From contig CP181291.1 in assembly GCA_052279835.1 (NCBI GenBank), positions 4,192,001 through 4,256,000 on the forward strand: 64,000 nt of DNA. Reading direction: 5' to 3'. Position numbers and translations under genes: made by a program. Origin of the DNA: Microcoleus sp. GTDB lineage: Bacteria; Cyanobacteriota; Cyanobacteriia; Cyanobacteriales; Microcoleaceae. Within the stretch, counting starts at the first letter, position 1, and each line of letters opens with the position of its first letter. A model generated the notes under the pieces. The model had not been told where the DNA came from. It did no database searches and saw only the letters and a program-made list of their open reading frames with translations. Positions 1 to 10,502 of the stretch are shown here, in pieces.

Positions 1-389
1 ATGCAATTGTCAGTGCGATTCTGTTTGACAACAGTAAACCCGATCGCGCCCTTCGATATGCTTTAGCAAACGGAGAGGTGTTACTATCACTTGAACTGCT
101 AGAAGAATTGAATGAGGTATTGGGGCGCGAAAAATTTAATCGGTATGTCACAAGTGAAGAAAGGGAGGAATTTTTAGCAGCCTTGGTGGACAGGGCGGTT
201 CTGGTGGAGATAATTGACAATGTGCAAGAGTGCCGCGATCCAAAAGATGACAAGGTTTTGGAGTTAGCCTTAAATGGAGAAGCGCAGTATATCATCACTG
301 GTGACAGCGATTTGCTCGTATTGCACCCATTTCGTGGTGTGGTAGTAATCACAGCAGACGAGTTTTTGAAGACGATCGAATCTGAGTAG
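1..389 (+). CDS. PIN-domain putative toxin (5' end outside window)
   Basis: Frame is open from position 3 (AIVSAILFDNSKPDRALRYAL...). Motif CRDPKDDKVLELA...IITGDSDLL is typical of PIN-family TA toxin components. Confidence 0.85.
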   Translation, partial: AIVSAILFDNSKPDRALRYALANGEVLLSLELLEELNEVLGREKFNRYVTSEEREEFLAALVDRAVLVEIIDNVQECRDPKDDKVLELALNGEAQYIITGDSDLLVLHPFRGVVVITADEFLKTIESE

Positions 390-503
390 TCTCCGTGGCT
401 CAACTTTGCCATTATACCATTAGGAAAAATGCGATCGGCCACTATTGACTGCTAAAAAAGTGCACTCCTTTGTACGCCTTATGAACTACTAGGAAATTAA
501 TTT

Positions 504-698
504 ATGCTGACCGATGAAATCGTAGAAGAAATTCACAAAATTCGTCAAGAGTATGCCAAGTCTTTCAATTATGACTTGGAGGCAATATTTGCAGACTTGC
601 AGAAGAAACAAGCTGAAAGCGGCAGAGAAGTTGTGAAATTATTGCCAAAGCGCCTTCTAGCAGGGCGTTGGAGCGGACGGGGTAAAAATATTATGTGA
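504..698 (+). CDS. Small conserved protein of the type usually found next to PIN/VapC genes
   Basis: DEIVEEIHKIRQEYAKSFNYDLEAIFADLQKKQ resembles small cyanobacterial proteins that follow PIN genes (recalled similarity, not searched). Confidence 0.65.
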   Translation: MLTDEIVEEIHKIRQEYAKSFNYDLEAIFADLQKKQAESGREVVKLLPKRLLAGRWSGRGKNIM

Positions 699-720
699 AA
701 ATAGTATGTGAAAAAACTAA

Positions 721-751
721 AGCCCTTTTCCGTTGTTGCGGGAAAAGAGCT
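721..751 (-). terminator. Hairpin terminator just downstream of the 5S rRNA
   Basis: Inverted repeat AGCCCTTTTCC...GGAAAAGAGCT flanked by A/T runs. Confidence 0.6.
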
Positions 752-765
752 TTAATTTATTATTA

Positions 766-883
766 ACCTGGCACCGAGCTATTTTACCGGGCAGTGACCC
801 GCCGAGTATCTTCGCCATAGCAACGTTTAACAACCGAGTTCGGGATGGATCGGAGTGGTTCCATTACATCATAAGCACCAGGA
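766..883 (-). rRNA. rrf: 5S rRNA (stand-alone copy)
   Basis: Reverse complement reads TCCTGGTGC...GGAACCAC..CCGATCCATCCCGAACTCGG.....AAAC...AAAATAGCTCGGTGCCAGG. Helix I ends pair, the CCGAAC loop is conserved, length is about 118 nt. Confidence 0.95.
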
Positions 884-956
884 AAGCCTTGAAAACTTTG
901 AATCCTGTGTCTGCGTTAAACTTGATGCGCTGCATCTCTTTCGCTCGACACTTATT

Positions 957-985
957 ACATTACCAAACTCCCCTAAGTTTGTCAA
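957..985 (-). promoter_or_regulatory. Sigma70-type promoter upstream of the 5S rRNA
   Basis: Minus strand TTGACA (985-980), 17-nt spacer, TAATGT (962-957). Confidence 0.65.
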
Positions 986-1028
986 CCCCTTTTTGAAATA
1001 TTTTTTTCCCATTGGACGCATGGCAGTC

Positions 1029-1094
1029 TAGAAACCGGGTTTTTTACGATAATACCTCGTTGCAGCCCACAGATTCGGTAAAAACCCGGTTTCT
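1029..1094. repeat. REP-like inverted repeat doublet (AGAAACCGGGTTTTTT...AAAAAACCCGGTTTCT)
   Basis: Inverted arms are visible; a related copy lies at about 20371-20433. Confidence 0.7.
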
Positions 1095-1117
1095 GTGGTA
1101 GAAGCGCGCCAGCCGGA

Positions 1118-1525
1118 TCACAAATCCAAAAACGCCGCATCCACACCCTGCTCTCTGCGAATCTTCCCATCCTTTACAAACCACGCCACAACCTGCTTAA
1201 CTGTTAATTGCTCGATCGCCCCTTCAGATTCTGCCGCAATTTGCCTCAAAGGCCGCAAAGACGCAATCACCAAATTCGTAAAAAAGTTTTCAAAACTAGC
1301 ATCAACTTGAATCGACTGTTGAATGCTCTCATCATTCTTAATCCAATCCATCACCTGCTGGTTAGACACCTCAGTTATCGGCAAACCAGTCTCCCCAGCA
1401 ATTTGCTTGAGAACCCTCAAAGCATAAATAGCCAAACGCGCCGAAAACTTCTCCTTCGACGACAACAGCGCCATATCAACTTCCGCGCACTCTTCCGGCT
1501 TTAAAAAATCAGCTAATGGTTCCAT
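1118..1525 (-). CDS. Conserved hypothetical protein
   Basis: 135-aa ATG ORF with normal composition, downstream of sufR. Confidence 0.75.
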   Translation of the reverse strand: MEPLADFLKPEECAEVDMALLSSKEKFSARLAIYALRVLKQIAGETGLPITEVSNQQVMDWIKNDESIQQSIQVDASFENFFTNLVIASLRPLRQIAAESEGAIEQLTVKQVVAWFVKDGKIRREQGVDAAFLDL

Positions 1526-1533
1526 AGTTATTT

Positions 1534-1735
1534 GTTGACTACTGACTGTTGACTACTGACTACTGACTACTGACTACTGACTACTGACTACTGACTACTG
1601 ACTAATGACTGTTGACTACTGACTAATGACTACTGACTACTGACTACTGACTAATGACTGTTGACTACTGACTAATGACTACTGACTACTGACTACTGAC
1701 TGCTGACTAATGACTAATGACTGCTGACTAATGAC
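1534..1735. repeat. Heptamer short tandem repeats (GACTACT/GACTAAT/GACTGTT), STRR type
   Basis: About 200 bp of 7-mer repeats, extending into the sufR 3' end. Confidence 0.95.
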
Positions 1736-2394
1736 TTCCTTCTAGCAATCAAATAACCGCAGCGATGTTCCCCATCAATAATCCAGTGAGTCCGCTCCAC
1801 AGTACAATCAGGTAACACAGCCGCAAACATCTCCAACTCATTGCCACAGACACTCGGAAAAGTTTCGGCCACATTAGAAATAGCACAATTGTGTTCCATA
1901 AACACAAAACGATCGCCCTTAGTATTAAAATCAGAATCGCGATCGTCCACAGGATAACACTCAGCCATATAACCTTCAGCCTTGCGAAGCTCCACCAACC
2001 CACTCACCCGCTCTTGCAGCGAACCCGCACCCACCAAGCGGCGGTACTCCATCGCCTTGCGTTCCCACTGCTTTTGCAGAATCGAAATCACCTGCTCGCG
2101 GCCAACAGTCTCAGCCAAAGTATCCAGCAAAGAAACCGCAAAATCCCCATAACGATTCCCGAAGCGATCGCGCCCCAAACTGGTAAGCTCATAAATATGT
2201 TGCGGCCGCCCCATACCAGCCTGCACCGACTGATACTGAATCAGCCCCTCCCCCTCCAAATCCTTCAAATGACGGCGAATCGCCTGCGGGCTGATATCCA
2301 AAGCCTCCGCCAACTCCAGAGCCGTCGCTTTATCCCCCTTGAGCAAAAACTGCAAGATGTCTTGTTTAGTGGAAGTCTGCTGAGTCTGCATCAT
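1714..2394 (-). CDS. sufR: Fe-S cluster biosynthesis transcriptional regulator SufR
   Basis: N-terminal HTH (ISPQAIRRHLKDL...GRPQHIY), C-terminal Cys motif (HNC...SVC...HRC), divergent from sufB. Likely start is ATG at 2394. Confidence 0.95.
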   Translation of the reverse strand: MMQTQQTSTKQDILQFLLKGDKATALELAEALDISPQAIRRHLKDLEGEGLIQYQSVQAGMGRPQHIYELTSLGRDRFGNRYGDFAVSLLDTLAETVGREQVISILQKQWERKAMEYRRLVGAGSLQERVSGLVELRKAEGYMAECYPVDDRDSDFNTKGDRFVFMEHNCAISNVAETFPSVCGNELEMFAAVLPDCTVERTHWIIDGEHRCGYLIARRKSLVSSH

Positions 2395-2420
2395 CTTCAC
2401 AAAAAAATATTTCTGAGACT

Positions 2421-2478
2421 TTGACAATATCACTATTGTTAATGTAGCTTAAAATATAGTTAAGCAACAAACCAGTTG
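2421..2478. promoter_or_regulatory. SufR operator sites / sufB promoter
   Basis: Perfect CAAC-N6-GTTG at 2465-2478 and an imperfect CAAT-N6-ATTG at 2425-2438 overlapping TTGACA at 2421. Confidence 0.8.
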
Positions 2479-2583
2479 TTTAACTCAACCGAGCAGTCCA
2501 GCAGAACTCGCTCAAGCCCAGAGAGCAATTCACCCGTCTGCCATCTTTGAGAGCACTATCTAGAACACTGAACACCCAAAATC

Positions 2584-4023
2584 ATGAGCTCTACAGTCAC
2601 AACCCTAGTCAACCAACCCTACAAATACGGCTTCGTCACCGACATCGAGTCAGACACCATCCCCCGCGGCTTGAGCGAAGATGTAGTGCGGCTGATTTCC
2701 TCCAAAAAGAACGAACCGGAATTCATGCTGGAATTCCGCCTCAAAGCATACCGCAAATGGCTGACCATGACTGAACCCACCTGGCCTCATGTCAACTATC
2801 CGGCGATCGACTACCAACAAATTATCTACTATTCAGCGCCAAAACAAAAGCCCAAAAAGCTCAACAGCTTAGAAGAAGTTGACCCGACACTACTAGAAAC
2901 CTTCGAGAAACTAGGCATTCCCCTCTCCGAACAAAAGCGCCTGGGAAATGTCGCCGTCGATGCCGTTTTCGACAGCGTTTCCATCGCCACCACATTTAGA
3001 GAAAAACTAGCCAAAGACGGCGTTATCTTCTGTTCCATCTCCGAAGCCGTCAAAGATTATCCCGAACTCATAGAAAAATATCTCGGCAGCGTTGTACCCG
3101 TTGGCGACAACTTTTTCGCAGCCCTCAACTCCGCCGTATTCAGCGACGGTTCCTTCGTTTACATCCCCAAAGGCGTCAAATGCCCCATGGAATTGTCCAC
3201 CTATTTCCGCATCAACAACGGAGATTCCGGCCAATTCGAGCGCACCCTAATTGTCGCAGAAGAAAACAGCTCTGTTTCTTACCTCGAAGGCTGCACCGCA
3301 CCCATGTTTGACACCAACCAACTACACGCCGCCGTCGTGGAATTGGTAACAATGGACAATGCTGATATCAAATATTCAACAGTACAAAACTGGTACGCCG
3401 GCGACGCTAATGGTAAAGGTGGCATTTACAACTTTGTGACTAAGCGTGGCCTATGTCAAGGAGTCAATTCCAAGATTTCTTGGACGCAAGTAGAAACCGG
3501 TTCCGCGATTACTTGGAAATATCCCAGTTGCGTATTAGTCGGTGACAACTCTGTAGGCGAATTCTACTCGGTAGCACTGACAAACAACAAGCAGCAAGCT
3601 GACACTGGAACGAAAATGATCCACGTCGGCAAAAACACTCGCAGCACAATTATTTCCAAGGGAATATCGGCGGGAAATTCTGCCAACAGCTATCGCGGCT
3701 TGGTGAAAATGGGGCCCAACGCTAAGGGCGCTCGCAATTATTCTCAGTGCGATTCCATGCTGATTGGTGATAACGCTCAAGCGAATACTTTCCCCTATAT
3801 TCAAGTGCAGAACCATACTGCTAAAGTGGAACACGAAGCATCGACTTCTAAAATTGGGGAAGAGCAATTGTTCTTCTTCGCCCAGCGGGGAATTTCCGCA
3901 GAAAATGCAATTTCAATGATGATTAGCGGTTTCTGCAAAGATGTTTTCAATCAGTTACCGATGGAATTTGCGGCGGAAGCTGATAAGTTGTTGAGTCTGA
4001 AGTTGGAAGGAAGTGTCGGGTAG
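2584..4023 (+). CDS. sufB: Fe-S cluster assembly protein SufB
   Basis: [34 protein letters not shown]. Confidence 0.98.
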   Translation: MSSTVTTLVNQPYKYGFVTDIESDTIPRGLSEDVVRLISSKKNEPEFMLEFRLKAYRKWLTMTEPTWPHVNYPAIDYQQIIYYSAPKQKPKKLNSLEEVDPTLLETFEKLGIPLSEQKRLGNVAVDAVFDSVSIATTFREKLAKDGVIFCSISEAVKDYPELIEKYLGSVVPVGDNFFAALNSAVFSDGSFVYIPKGVKCPMELSTYFRINNGDSGQFERTLIVAEENSSVSYLEGCTAPMFDTNQLHAAVVELVTMDNADIKYSTVQNWYAGDANGKGGIYNFVTKRGLCQGVNSKISWTQVETGSAITWKYPSCVLVGDNSVGEFYSVALTNNKQQADTGTKMIHVGKNTRSTIISKGISAGNSANSYRGLVKMGPNAKGARNYSQCDSMLIGDNAQANTFPYIQVQNHTAKVEHEASTSKIGEEQLFFFAQRGISAENAISMMISGFCKDVFNQLPMEFAAEADKLLSLKLEGSVG

Positions 4024-4096
4024 AAGGAAGAAGTCACCCCCCTGCCCCCCACCCCCCCCTACCCCCCCCCAAGGGGGGAAGGAAGAAGGAAGAAAA

Positions 4097-4222
4097 TTCC
4101 TCGTTCCCAGGCTCTGCCTGGGAACGCATATCTAGAGGCTCTGCCTCGCATTTCTCTCCCGCGTTTCCGGCGAGGCCGAGCCTCGTGACACGCATTCCTA
4201 GGCAGAGCCTAGGAACGAGGAA
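4097..4222. repeat. REP/MITE-like nested palindromic element (CTCGTTCCCAGGCTCTGCCTGGGAAC family)
   Basis: Terminal inverted repeats with internal GAGGCTCTGCCTC palindromes; other copies at about 41338-41467 and 43918-43987 (partial). Confidence 0.85.
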
Positions 4223-4272
4223 GACGAGGAAGAAAAAACTGTAAACTCCATTGAGGCAAAGGAAAAAAATAG

Positions 4273-5064
4273 ATGATTGTTGAAAATAGTCAAGTGGTAT
4301 TGTCAGTCCGCAACTTAACTGCGAATGTCGAAGATACCCAAATCCTAAAAGGTTTGAACCTAGAAATTAAATCCGGCGAAATCCACGCCATCATGGGCCC
4401 CAACGGTTCAGGAAAAAGCACCTTATCCAAAATCTTAGCCGGCCATCCTGCTTATACGGTGACAGGCGGAGAAGTCACCTTTTTAGGGCAAGATTTACTA
4501 GAATTAGCACCAGAAGAACGCTCTCTGGCTGGAGTGTTTCTAGCTTTTCAATATCCTTTAGAAATTCCCGGTGTCAGCAATCTCGATTTTTTGCGCGTGG
4601 CTTACAACGCTCACCTGAAACATCGCGAATTGGAAGAATTAGATGCTTTTGATTTCCAAGATTTGATCGAGCAAAAACTGGATATTGTTAAGATGAATTC
4701 GGCATTTTTAGACCGCAGCGTGAATGAGGGTTTTTCCGGTGGCGAGAAGAAGCGCAACGAGATTTTGCAAATGGCGCTTTTAGAACCGAAGTTAGCGATT
4801 TTGGATGAGACAGATTCTGGTTTGGATATCGATGCTCTCAAGATTGTCGCTGGCGGTGTGAATCAATTGTCAACTGCCGAAAATTGTATGTTAGTGATTA
4901 CTCACTATCAGCGGTTGTTGAATTACATTATTCCTGATTTTATTCACGTCATGGAAGGCGGCCGAATTATCGCGACTGGCCCGAAAGAGTTGGCGCTGGA
5001 GTTGGAAGAACGCGGTTATGACTGGATTTTAGAAGAAGAAGCAGCAGGAGTTGGCGCGCGATGA
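4273..5064 (+). CDS. sufC: Fe-S cluster assembly ATPase SufC
   Basis: [28 protein letters not shown]. Confidence 0.98.
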   Translation: MIVENSQVVLSVRNLTANVEDTQILKGLNLEIKSGEIHAIMGPNGSGKSTLSKILAGHPAYTVTGGEVTFLGQDLLELAPEERSLAGVFLAFQYPLEIPGVSNLDFLRVAYNAHLKHRELEELDAFDFQDLIEQKLDIVKMNSAFLDRSVNEGFSGGEKKRNEILQMALLEPKLAILDETDSGLDIDALKIVAGGVNQLSTAENCMLVITHYQRLLNYIIPDFIHVMEGGRIIATGPKELALELEERGYDWILEEEAAGVGAR

Positions 5065-6383
5065 TGAATACGCAAGTTGCTACTAGAGAAATGTTTTTGG
5101 CTGGTTTGGTAAATCAGTGCGAAAAGTTGGGCGCAGCTAATGCCAAAACAGCCGTTTTCGGGTTGCAGGAATTGCGAGATGCTGCGGCTGAATACGTGCT
5201 GGCGGCCAGTTTTCCGACTGTAAAAGACGAAGAATGGCGGTTTACTGATTTGTCTCCGCTGTTACCAATTCAGTTTAATGTGCCCCAGAGTAATCAGTCA
5301 GCAATTAAGTTGTCTGATATTACTATGCCTGTGAAAAACAAGGACGATTTACCTTTAAGATTGGTATTTGTCAACGGTATTTATGCGCCGGATTTGTCAG
5401 CGGTGAATTTGCCGGACTTTTATGTAGGTAATCTATCCAATGCACCGGAAAAATATCAGGCGCGCATCGCCGATGTTTTGGGCCAGCACAGACAGCCGAA
5501 TGAGGTTTTTACTGCTCTAAATATCGCGGGTTTGGTGGATTCTGCGGTGGTGTTCGTACCGGCTAATATGTCGATCGCCCTTCCGATTCATTTGCTGTTC
5601 CTGACCGCACCAGGGGCATCTCCGACGATGTGTCAGCCACACTGTGTGGTTATAGCAGAGCCTGGAAGCAATGTCACGCTAATTGAAGACTACGCCACTA
5701 TTGGTAATATGGCAGCATTTACGAATGCTGTTACCGATGTAGTTGTCGGCGAAAATGCTGCGGTGAATCATGTTCGACTCCAGCGGGAAGCTGGGGATGT
5801 TGTTCATATTGGCAAAAGTGCGATCGTCCAATCTCGCAATAGCCGTTATACTTGTCATGCTATCAGCTTGGGTGGCAAAATATCCCGGCACAATTTAGAA
5901 GTCTTCCAGCACGGCGAAGCCACTGAAACAACTCTCAATGGTTTAACCGTAGCCTTTGGCGAACAACTATCCGACACTCACAGCTTGATTAATTTCAATC
6001 ATCCCCACGGTACAAGCCGCCAACTGCACAAGTGCATTATCGGTAACAGAGCTCGTGCTGTATTTAACGGCAAAGTTTTCGTTTCCAAAGCCGCCCAATT
6101 AACAGATGCGGGACAGTTGAGCCGGAATTTGTTGCTGTCATCAAGAGCCCGCGTAGACACTAAACCGCAGTTGGAAATTGTGGCCGACAACGTGAAATGT
6201 TCCCACGGTGCAACAGTCAGCCAATTAGAAGACGATGAACTTTTCTACTTGCAAAGTCGCGGTTTAGATTTAGAGAGAAGCCGCTATTTGCTGATTGATG
6301 CTTTTGCCGCGGAAATTCTGGATAAACTGCCAATTATGGGGGTAGCAAAAATGCTTTCTACCTGCGTGGCTGTCCAAAATTAA
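5061..6383 (+). CDS. sufD: Fe-S cluster assembly protein SufD
   Basis: [34 protein letters not shown]; overlaps the sufC stop. Confidence 0.96.
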   Translation: MMNTQVATREMFLAGLVNQCEKLGAANAKTAVFGLQELRDAAAEYVLAASFPTVKDEEWRFTDLSPLLPIQFNVPQSNQSAIKLSDITMPVKNKDDLPLRLVFVNGIYAPDLSAVNLPDFYVGNLSNAPEKYQARIADVLGQHRQPNEVFTALNIAGLVDSAVVFVPANMSIALPIHLLFLTAPGASPTMCQPHCVVIAEPGSNVTLIEDYATIGNMAAFTNAVTDVVVGENAAVNHVRLQREAGDVVHIGKSAIVQSRNSRYTCHAISLGGKISRHNLEVFQHGEATETTLNGLTVAFGEQLSDTHSLINFNHPHGTSRQLHKCIIGNRARAVFNGKVFVSKAAQLTDAGQLSRNLLLSSRARVDTKPQLEIVADNVKCSHGATVSQLEDDELFYLQSRGLDLERSRYLLIDAFAAEILDKLPIMGVAKMLSTCVAVQN

Positions 6384-6490
6384 CTCATATTTGAACAGCA
6401 TGTAGGGGCGGGTTTCACGAATAATCATTGCTTAAAACCAACAATCTCATCAACCCGCCCCCACCCAACGACAAATCACTTCTAAAAAAT

Positions 6491-7753
6491 ATGACACTTA
6501 TTCAAGAAAAAACCTTAGCCTCAAAAGTTCGCGGTGACTTCCCAATTCTGAAGGAAAAAGTCAACGGTAAACCGCTAGTTTATCTCGACAATGCAGCTAC
6601 ATCTCAAAAACCTTTAGCTGTCCTCAATGCTTGGCGTGATTACTACGAAAAATACAATTCCAACGTCCACCGCGGTGCCCATACTCTCAGTGGAAAAGCC
6701 ACAGATGCTTACGAAGGCGCTAGAGATAAAGTGGCTGCTTTTATCAATGCAGCTTCCCGCCAAGAAATTGTCTACACTCGCAATGCTACCGAAGCGATTA
6801 ATTTAGTTGCTTACTCTTGGGGTTTGAACAATCTGCAAGCGGGAGATGAGATTATCCTGTCAGTAATGGAACACCACAGCAATCTCGTTCCTTGGCAAAT
6901 GATAGCTCAAAAAACTGGTGCCGTACTCAAGTTTGTGGAATTAACTGAGACTCAGGAGTTTGATTTAGAACAGTTTAAAACGCTGATTTCCTCTCGAACT
7001 AAGTTAGTCTCCATAGTTCATGTTTCTAATACTTTGGGCTGCATCAATCCAGTTAAAGAAATCTGCGCAATCGCCCACACTTATGGCGCAAAAGTTTTAA
7101 TTGACGCTTGCCAAAGTGTACCACATATGGTAATAGATGTGCAGGCAATGGATTGCGATTGGTTGGTTGCTTCCGGGCACAAAATGTGCGCTCCCACTGG
7201 CATCGGTTTTTTGTATGGCAAGTTGGATTTACTCAGAGAAATGCCTCCATTTTTTGGCGGTGGTGAAATGATTGCTGAGGTGTTTCTCGAATATTCCACC
7301 TATGCCGATTTGCCGCACAAGTTTGAAGCGGGCACGCCTGCCATCGGAGAGGCGATCGCCCTTGGTGCCGCGATCGATTATCTTAGTAACATCGGCATGG
7401 ATAAGATTCACGCTTGCGAAGCCGAATTGACGGCTTATCTGTTCCAACAATTGCGCCAAATTCCCGAAATTAAAATCTATGGGCCACAACCAGACAGCAA
7501 CGGTGAAGGTAGGGCGGCGTTAGCGGCATTTACAGCGGGAGAAATTCACCCTCAAGACTTGGCTACCATGTTGGATGAGGAGGGAATCGCAATTCGATCG
7601 GGGCATCACTGCACGCAAGCTTTGCACCGCTATTTGAACCTTTCATCGACGGCGCGGGCGAGTTTGTATTTTTACAACACTTACGAGGAAATTGATGTGT
7701 TTGTGAAATCGTTGAAAGAGACGATCGACTTTTTCGCCGGGATTATGGGATAA
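6491..7753 (+). CDS. sufS: Cysteine desulfurase SufS
   Basis: [16 protein letters not shown] (PLP lysine), RSGHHC. Start placed at ATG 6491. Confidence 0.97.
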   Translation: MTLIQEKTLASKVRGDFPILKEKVNGKPLVYLDNAATSQKPLAVLNAWRDYYEKYNSNVHRGAHTLSGKATDAYEGARDKVAAFINAASRQEIVYTRNATEAINLVAYSWGLNNLQAGDEIILSVMEHHSNLVPWQMIAQKTGAVLKFVELTETQEFDLEQFKTLISSRTKLVSIVHVSNTLGCINPVKEICAIAHTYGAKVLIDACQSVPHMVIDVQAMDCDWLVASGHKMCAPTGIGFLYGKLDLLREMPPFFGGGEMIAEVFLEYSTYADLPHKFEAGTPAIGEAIALGAAIDYLSNIGMDKIHACEAELTAYLFQQLRQIPEIKIYGPQPDSNGEGRAALAAFTAGEIHPQDLATMLDEEGIAIRSGHHCTQALHRYLNLSSTARASLYFYNTYEEIDVFVKSLKETIDFFAGIMG

Positions 7754-8022
7754 GTTTGTAGTTTGGGTATTTCCCCACCACCTAATTATTAATCCGATCG
7801 ATCTCAAATGCACAAATTAACTGATTCATAAGTGAGAAAAGAGTTAATTATAGGAACTCAGCACTTACTAACAAAATCTATCTTTAGGGTGATGGCTGCC
7901 ATCACCTTTGACCTTCCATTATGACACTTAGGTAATGTAAAAGTTAAATCATTGTGGAATTCCTGAAGCTAGGATTTTTGGCCCGTATGTTTACTGAGTT
8001 CTTATTTAACTAGAGGTTCACC

Positions 8023-8646
8023 ATGAAACCTTCCGAGTCAGAATCAGTACCATCCAGCTTCTTTGATGAAACCTATCGCCAAAGTACAGATCCTTGGAGA
8101 TACACCTCTAGCTTTTACGAAACCAGTAAATTCAGAACAACAATCAGATCCTTGCCCAAAGGCAGATTCAAAAATGCTTTTGAAATCGGATGTGCTATCG
8201 GCGTACTGACGGAGAAACTAGCTCAAAAATGTGATAAATTGCTGTCAGTGGATTATTCAGAAGTAGGATTGCAAGAAGCCCGGAAACGCTGTAGAAACCT
8301 GCCCCAGGTGCGGTTTGAGCAGATGCAAATACCCCAACAGTTTCCCACTGAGCAATTCGATTTCATTTTATTCTCAGAAGTTGGCTATTATTTGACGAAA
8401 GAAGACCTCCAGAAAACCCAGGAAAAAATCATTAATCAATTACTTCCCGGCGGTTATCTTTTGATGGTTCACTTTAGGTATCCAGTAGAAAGCTTCATCT
8501 TGAATGGTGACATAGTTCACGATACTTTTGTCGAAAATTCTGCCTCATCTTTGAAGCACCTAGGCGATCCGCGCAAAAAGTTTTTGATGCTAGATTTAGC
8601 CCGTCATCACAAACGCTATCGGATGGATTTGTTTCAGCGTTTGTAA
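8023..8646 (+). CDS. NodS-like class I SAM-dependent methyltransferase, copy 1
   Basis: DPW..YE..K, AFEIGCAIG, FDFILFSEVGYYL, LLPGGYLLMVH. Confidence 0.85.
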   Translation: MKPSESESVPSSFFDETYRQSTDPWRYTSSFYETSKFRTTIRSLPKGRFKNAFEIGCAIGVLTEKLAQKCDKLLSVDYSEVGLQEARKRCRNLPQVRFEQMQIPQQFPTEQFDFILFSEVGYYLTKEDLQKTQEKIINQLLPGGYLLMVHFRYPVESFILNGDIVHDTFVENSASSLKHLGDPRKKFLMLDLARHHKRYRMDLFQRL

Positions 8647-8871
8647 GTCTTATTAGCAGATAGATTGAATCAGGGTGTATCGACTATTAAGGGTCGATCG
8701 CCCTTTTTTCATGGTCTAGGAATTATTTAACCGCAGAGAACACAGAGGACACAGAGGGAGAAAATAGAGGTCTGAATACAGGTTTTGATATAATTCAAAA
8801 ATCTGATGCAGCATATTTGGTACTTTCTGGTATTATATATTTCAATAATATTTGACACAGAGAGGTTAGTA

Positions 8872-9498
8872 ATGGAACCTTCACAACAGCAATCAACACC
8901 ACCCAGCATCTTTGATGAAACCTTCCGTGAAAATCCCGATCCATGGGGGTACACAACTAATTTTAATGAAATCAGTAAATTCCGAGCCACAATCAGAGCT
9001 TTGCCTAAAGTCAAATTCAAAAATGCTTTTGAAATTGCGTGTGCTATCGGTGTACTGACAGAAAAATTAGCTCCCAAGTGTGAAAGATTACTTTCAGTAG
9101 ATTATTCAGAATTAGGATTAGTGGAAGCACGGAAACGCTGTAGCCATCTCCCCCAGGTGCGGTTCGAGCAGATGCAGATACCCAAGCAGTTCCCCACTGA
9201 GAATTTTGATTTAATTTTATTCTCAGAAGTTGGCTTTTTTTTGACGATGGAAGATTTGCTGGAAACTAAACAAAAAATTATTGACCACTTACTTCCGGGC
9301 GGATATCTGTTGATGGTTCATTATCGAGGTACAGCGGGCGATTATTTTATCCTGGATGGGGAGACGGTTCACAATACTTTTGTCGAAAATTCTGCATCAT
9401 CTTTGAAGCACCTAGGCGATCCGCGCAAAAAGTTTTTGATGCTAGATTTAGCGCGTCATCACAAACGCTATCGGATGGATTTGTTTCAGCGTTTGTAA
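8872..9498 (+). CDS. NodS-like SAM-dependent methyltransferase, copy 2
   Basis: Paralog of 8023-8646. AGAGG RBS precedes ATG 8872. Motif I reads AFEIACAIG. Confidence 0.85.
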   Translation: MEPSQQQSTPPSIFDETFRENPDPWGYTTNFNEISKFRATIRALPKVKFKNAFEIACAIGVLTEKLAPKCERLLSVDYSELGLVEARKRCSHLPQVRFEQMQIPKQFPTENFDLILFSEVGFFLTMEDLLETKQKIIDHLLPGGYLLMVHYRGTAGDYFILDGETVHNTFVENSASSLKHLGDPRKKFLMLDLARHHKRYRMDLFQRL

Positions 9499-9721
9499 GT
9501 CTCATCAGCAGATAGATTGAATCAGGGTGTATCGACTGTTAAAGGTCGATCGCCCTTTTTTCATGGGCTAGGAATTATTTAACCGCAGAGAACACTCTTG
9601 ACACAGAGGGAGAAAATAGAGGTCTGAATACAGGATTTGATATAATTCAAGAATTCCATGCAGGATATTGGGTACTTTCTGGTATTATATTTAAATAATA
9701 TTTAACAGAGAGAGGTTAGTG

Positions 9722-10345
9722 ATGAAACCTTCAGAGTCAGAATCAGTGCCATCCAGCTTTTTTGATGAAACCTATCGCCAAAGTACAGATCCTTGGGGAT
9801 ACACATCCAGCTTTTACGAAACCAGTAAATTCAGAACAACTATCAGATCTTTGCCCAAAGTCAGATTCAAAAATGCTTTTGAAATCGGATGTGCTATCGG
9901 TGTACTTACAGAAAAACTAGCTCCAAAATGTGATAGATTGCTGTCAGTCGATTATTCAGAATTAGGATTAGAGGAAGCGCGGAAACGCTGTAGAAACCTC
10001 CCCCAGGTGCGGTTCGAGCAGATGCAGATACCCCAACAGTTTCCTACTGAGCAATTTGATTTAATTTTATTCTCAGAAGTTGGTTATTATTTGACTGTGG
10101 AAGACCTCCATAAAACCCAAGAAAAAATTATTGATAGATTACTTCCGGGAGGTTTTTTGTTAATGGTTCATTATCGGTTTCCTGTGGAAAGTTTTATTCT
10201 TAATGGCGAGATAGTTAATGATACTTTTATCAAAGAATCTGCACCATTTTTAAAACATTTAGGAGACCCGCGCCAAAAAAGTATTAGGCTTGATTTAGCC
10301 CGTCATAACAAACGTTATCGGATGGATTTGTTTCAGCGTTTGTAA
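9722..10345 (+). CDS. NodS-like SAM-dependent methyltransferase, copy 3
   Basis: Paralog whose N-terminus is nearly identical to copy 1. Confidence 0.85.
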   Translation: MKPSESESVPSSFFDETYRQSTDPWGYTSSFYETSKFRTTIRSLPKVRFKNAFEIGCAIGVLTEKLAPKCDRLLSVDYSELGLEEARKRCRNLPQVRFEQMQIPQQFPTEQFDLILFSEVGYYLTVEDLHKTQEKIIDRLLPGGFLLMVHYRFPVESFILNGEIVNDTFIKESAPFLKHLGDPRQKSIRLDLARHNKRYRMDLFQRL

Positions 10346-10502
10346 GTCTTATTAGTAGATAAATTGCATCAGGGTGTATCGACTCTATTAACGGTCTATC
10401 GCCCTTTTTTATTGGCTTTCACTGTGGCACTGGCATCGGGGATGCCAGAAAATTGTCGTTTCAAAAGCGTGAATTAAAGCTATCCCAAAGGGAAATTTTC
10501 AA

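Noticed and set aside
733..996. 87-aa ORF
   Set aside because: It is antisense to the 5S rRNA and its promoter.
6428..6490. N-terminal extensions of sufS (and similarly sufR, pflA and methyltransferase copy 2) in the ORF track
   Set aside because: They run through repeat or promoter DNA; downstream ATGs match the family N-termini.
8023..10345. Diversity-generating retroelement behind the methyltransferase variants
   Set aside because: There is no reverse transcriptase in the window, and the differences are spread gene-wide rather than adenine-specific.
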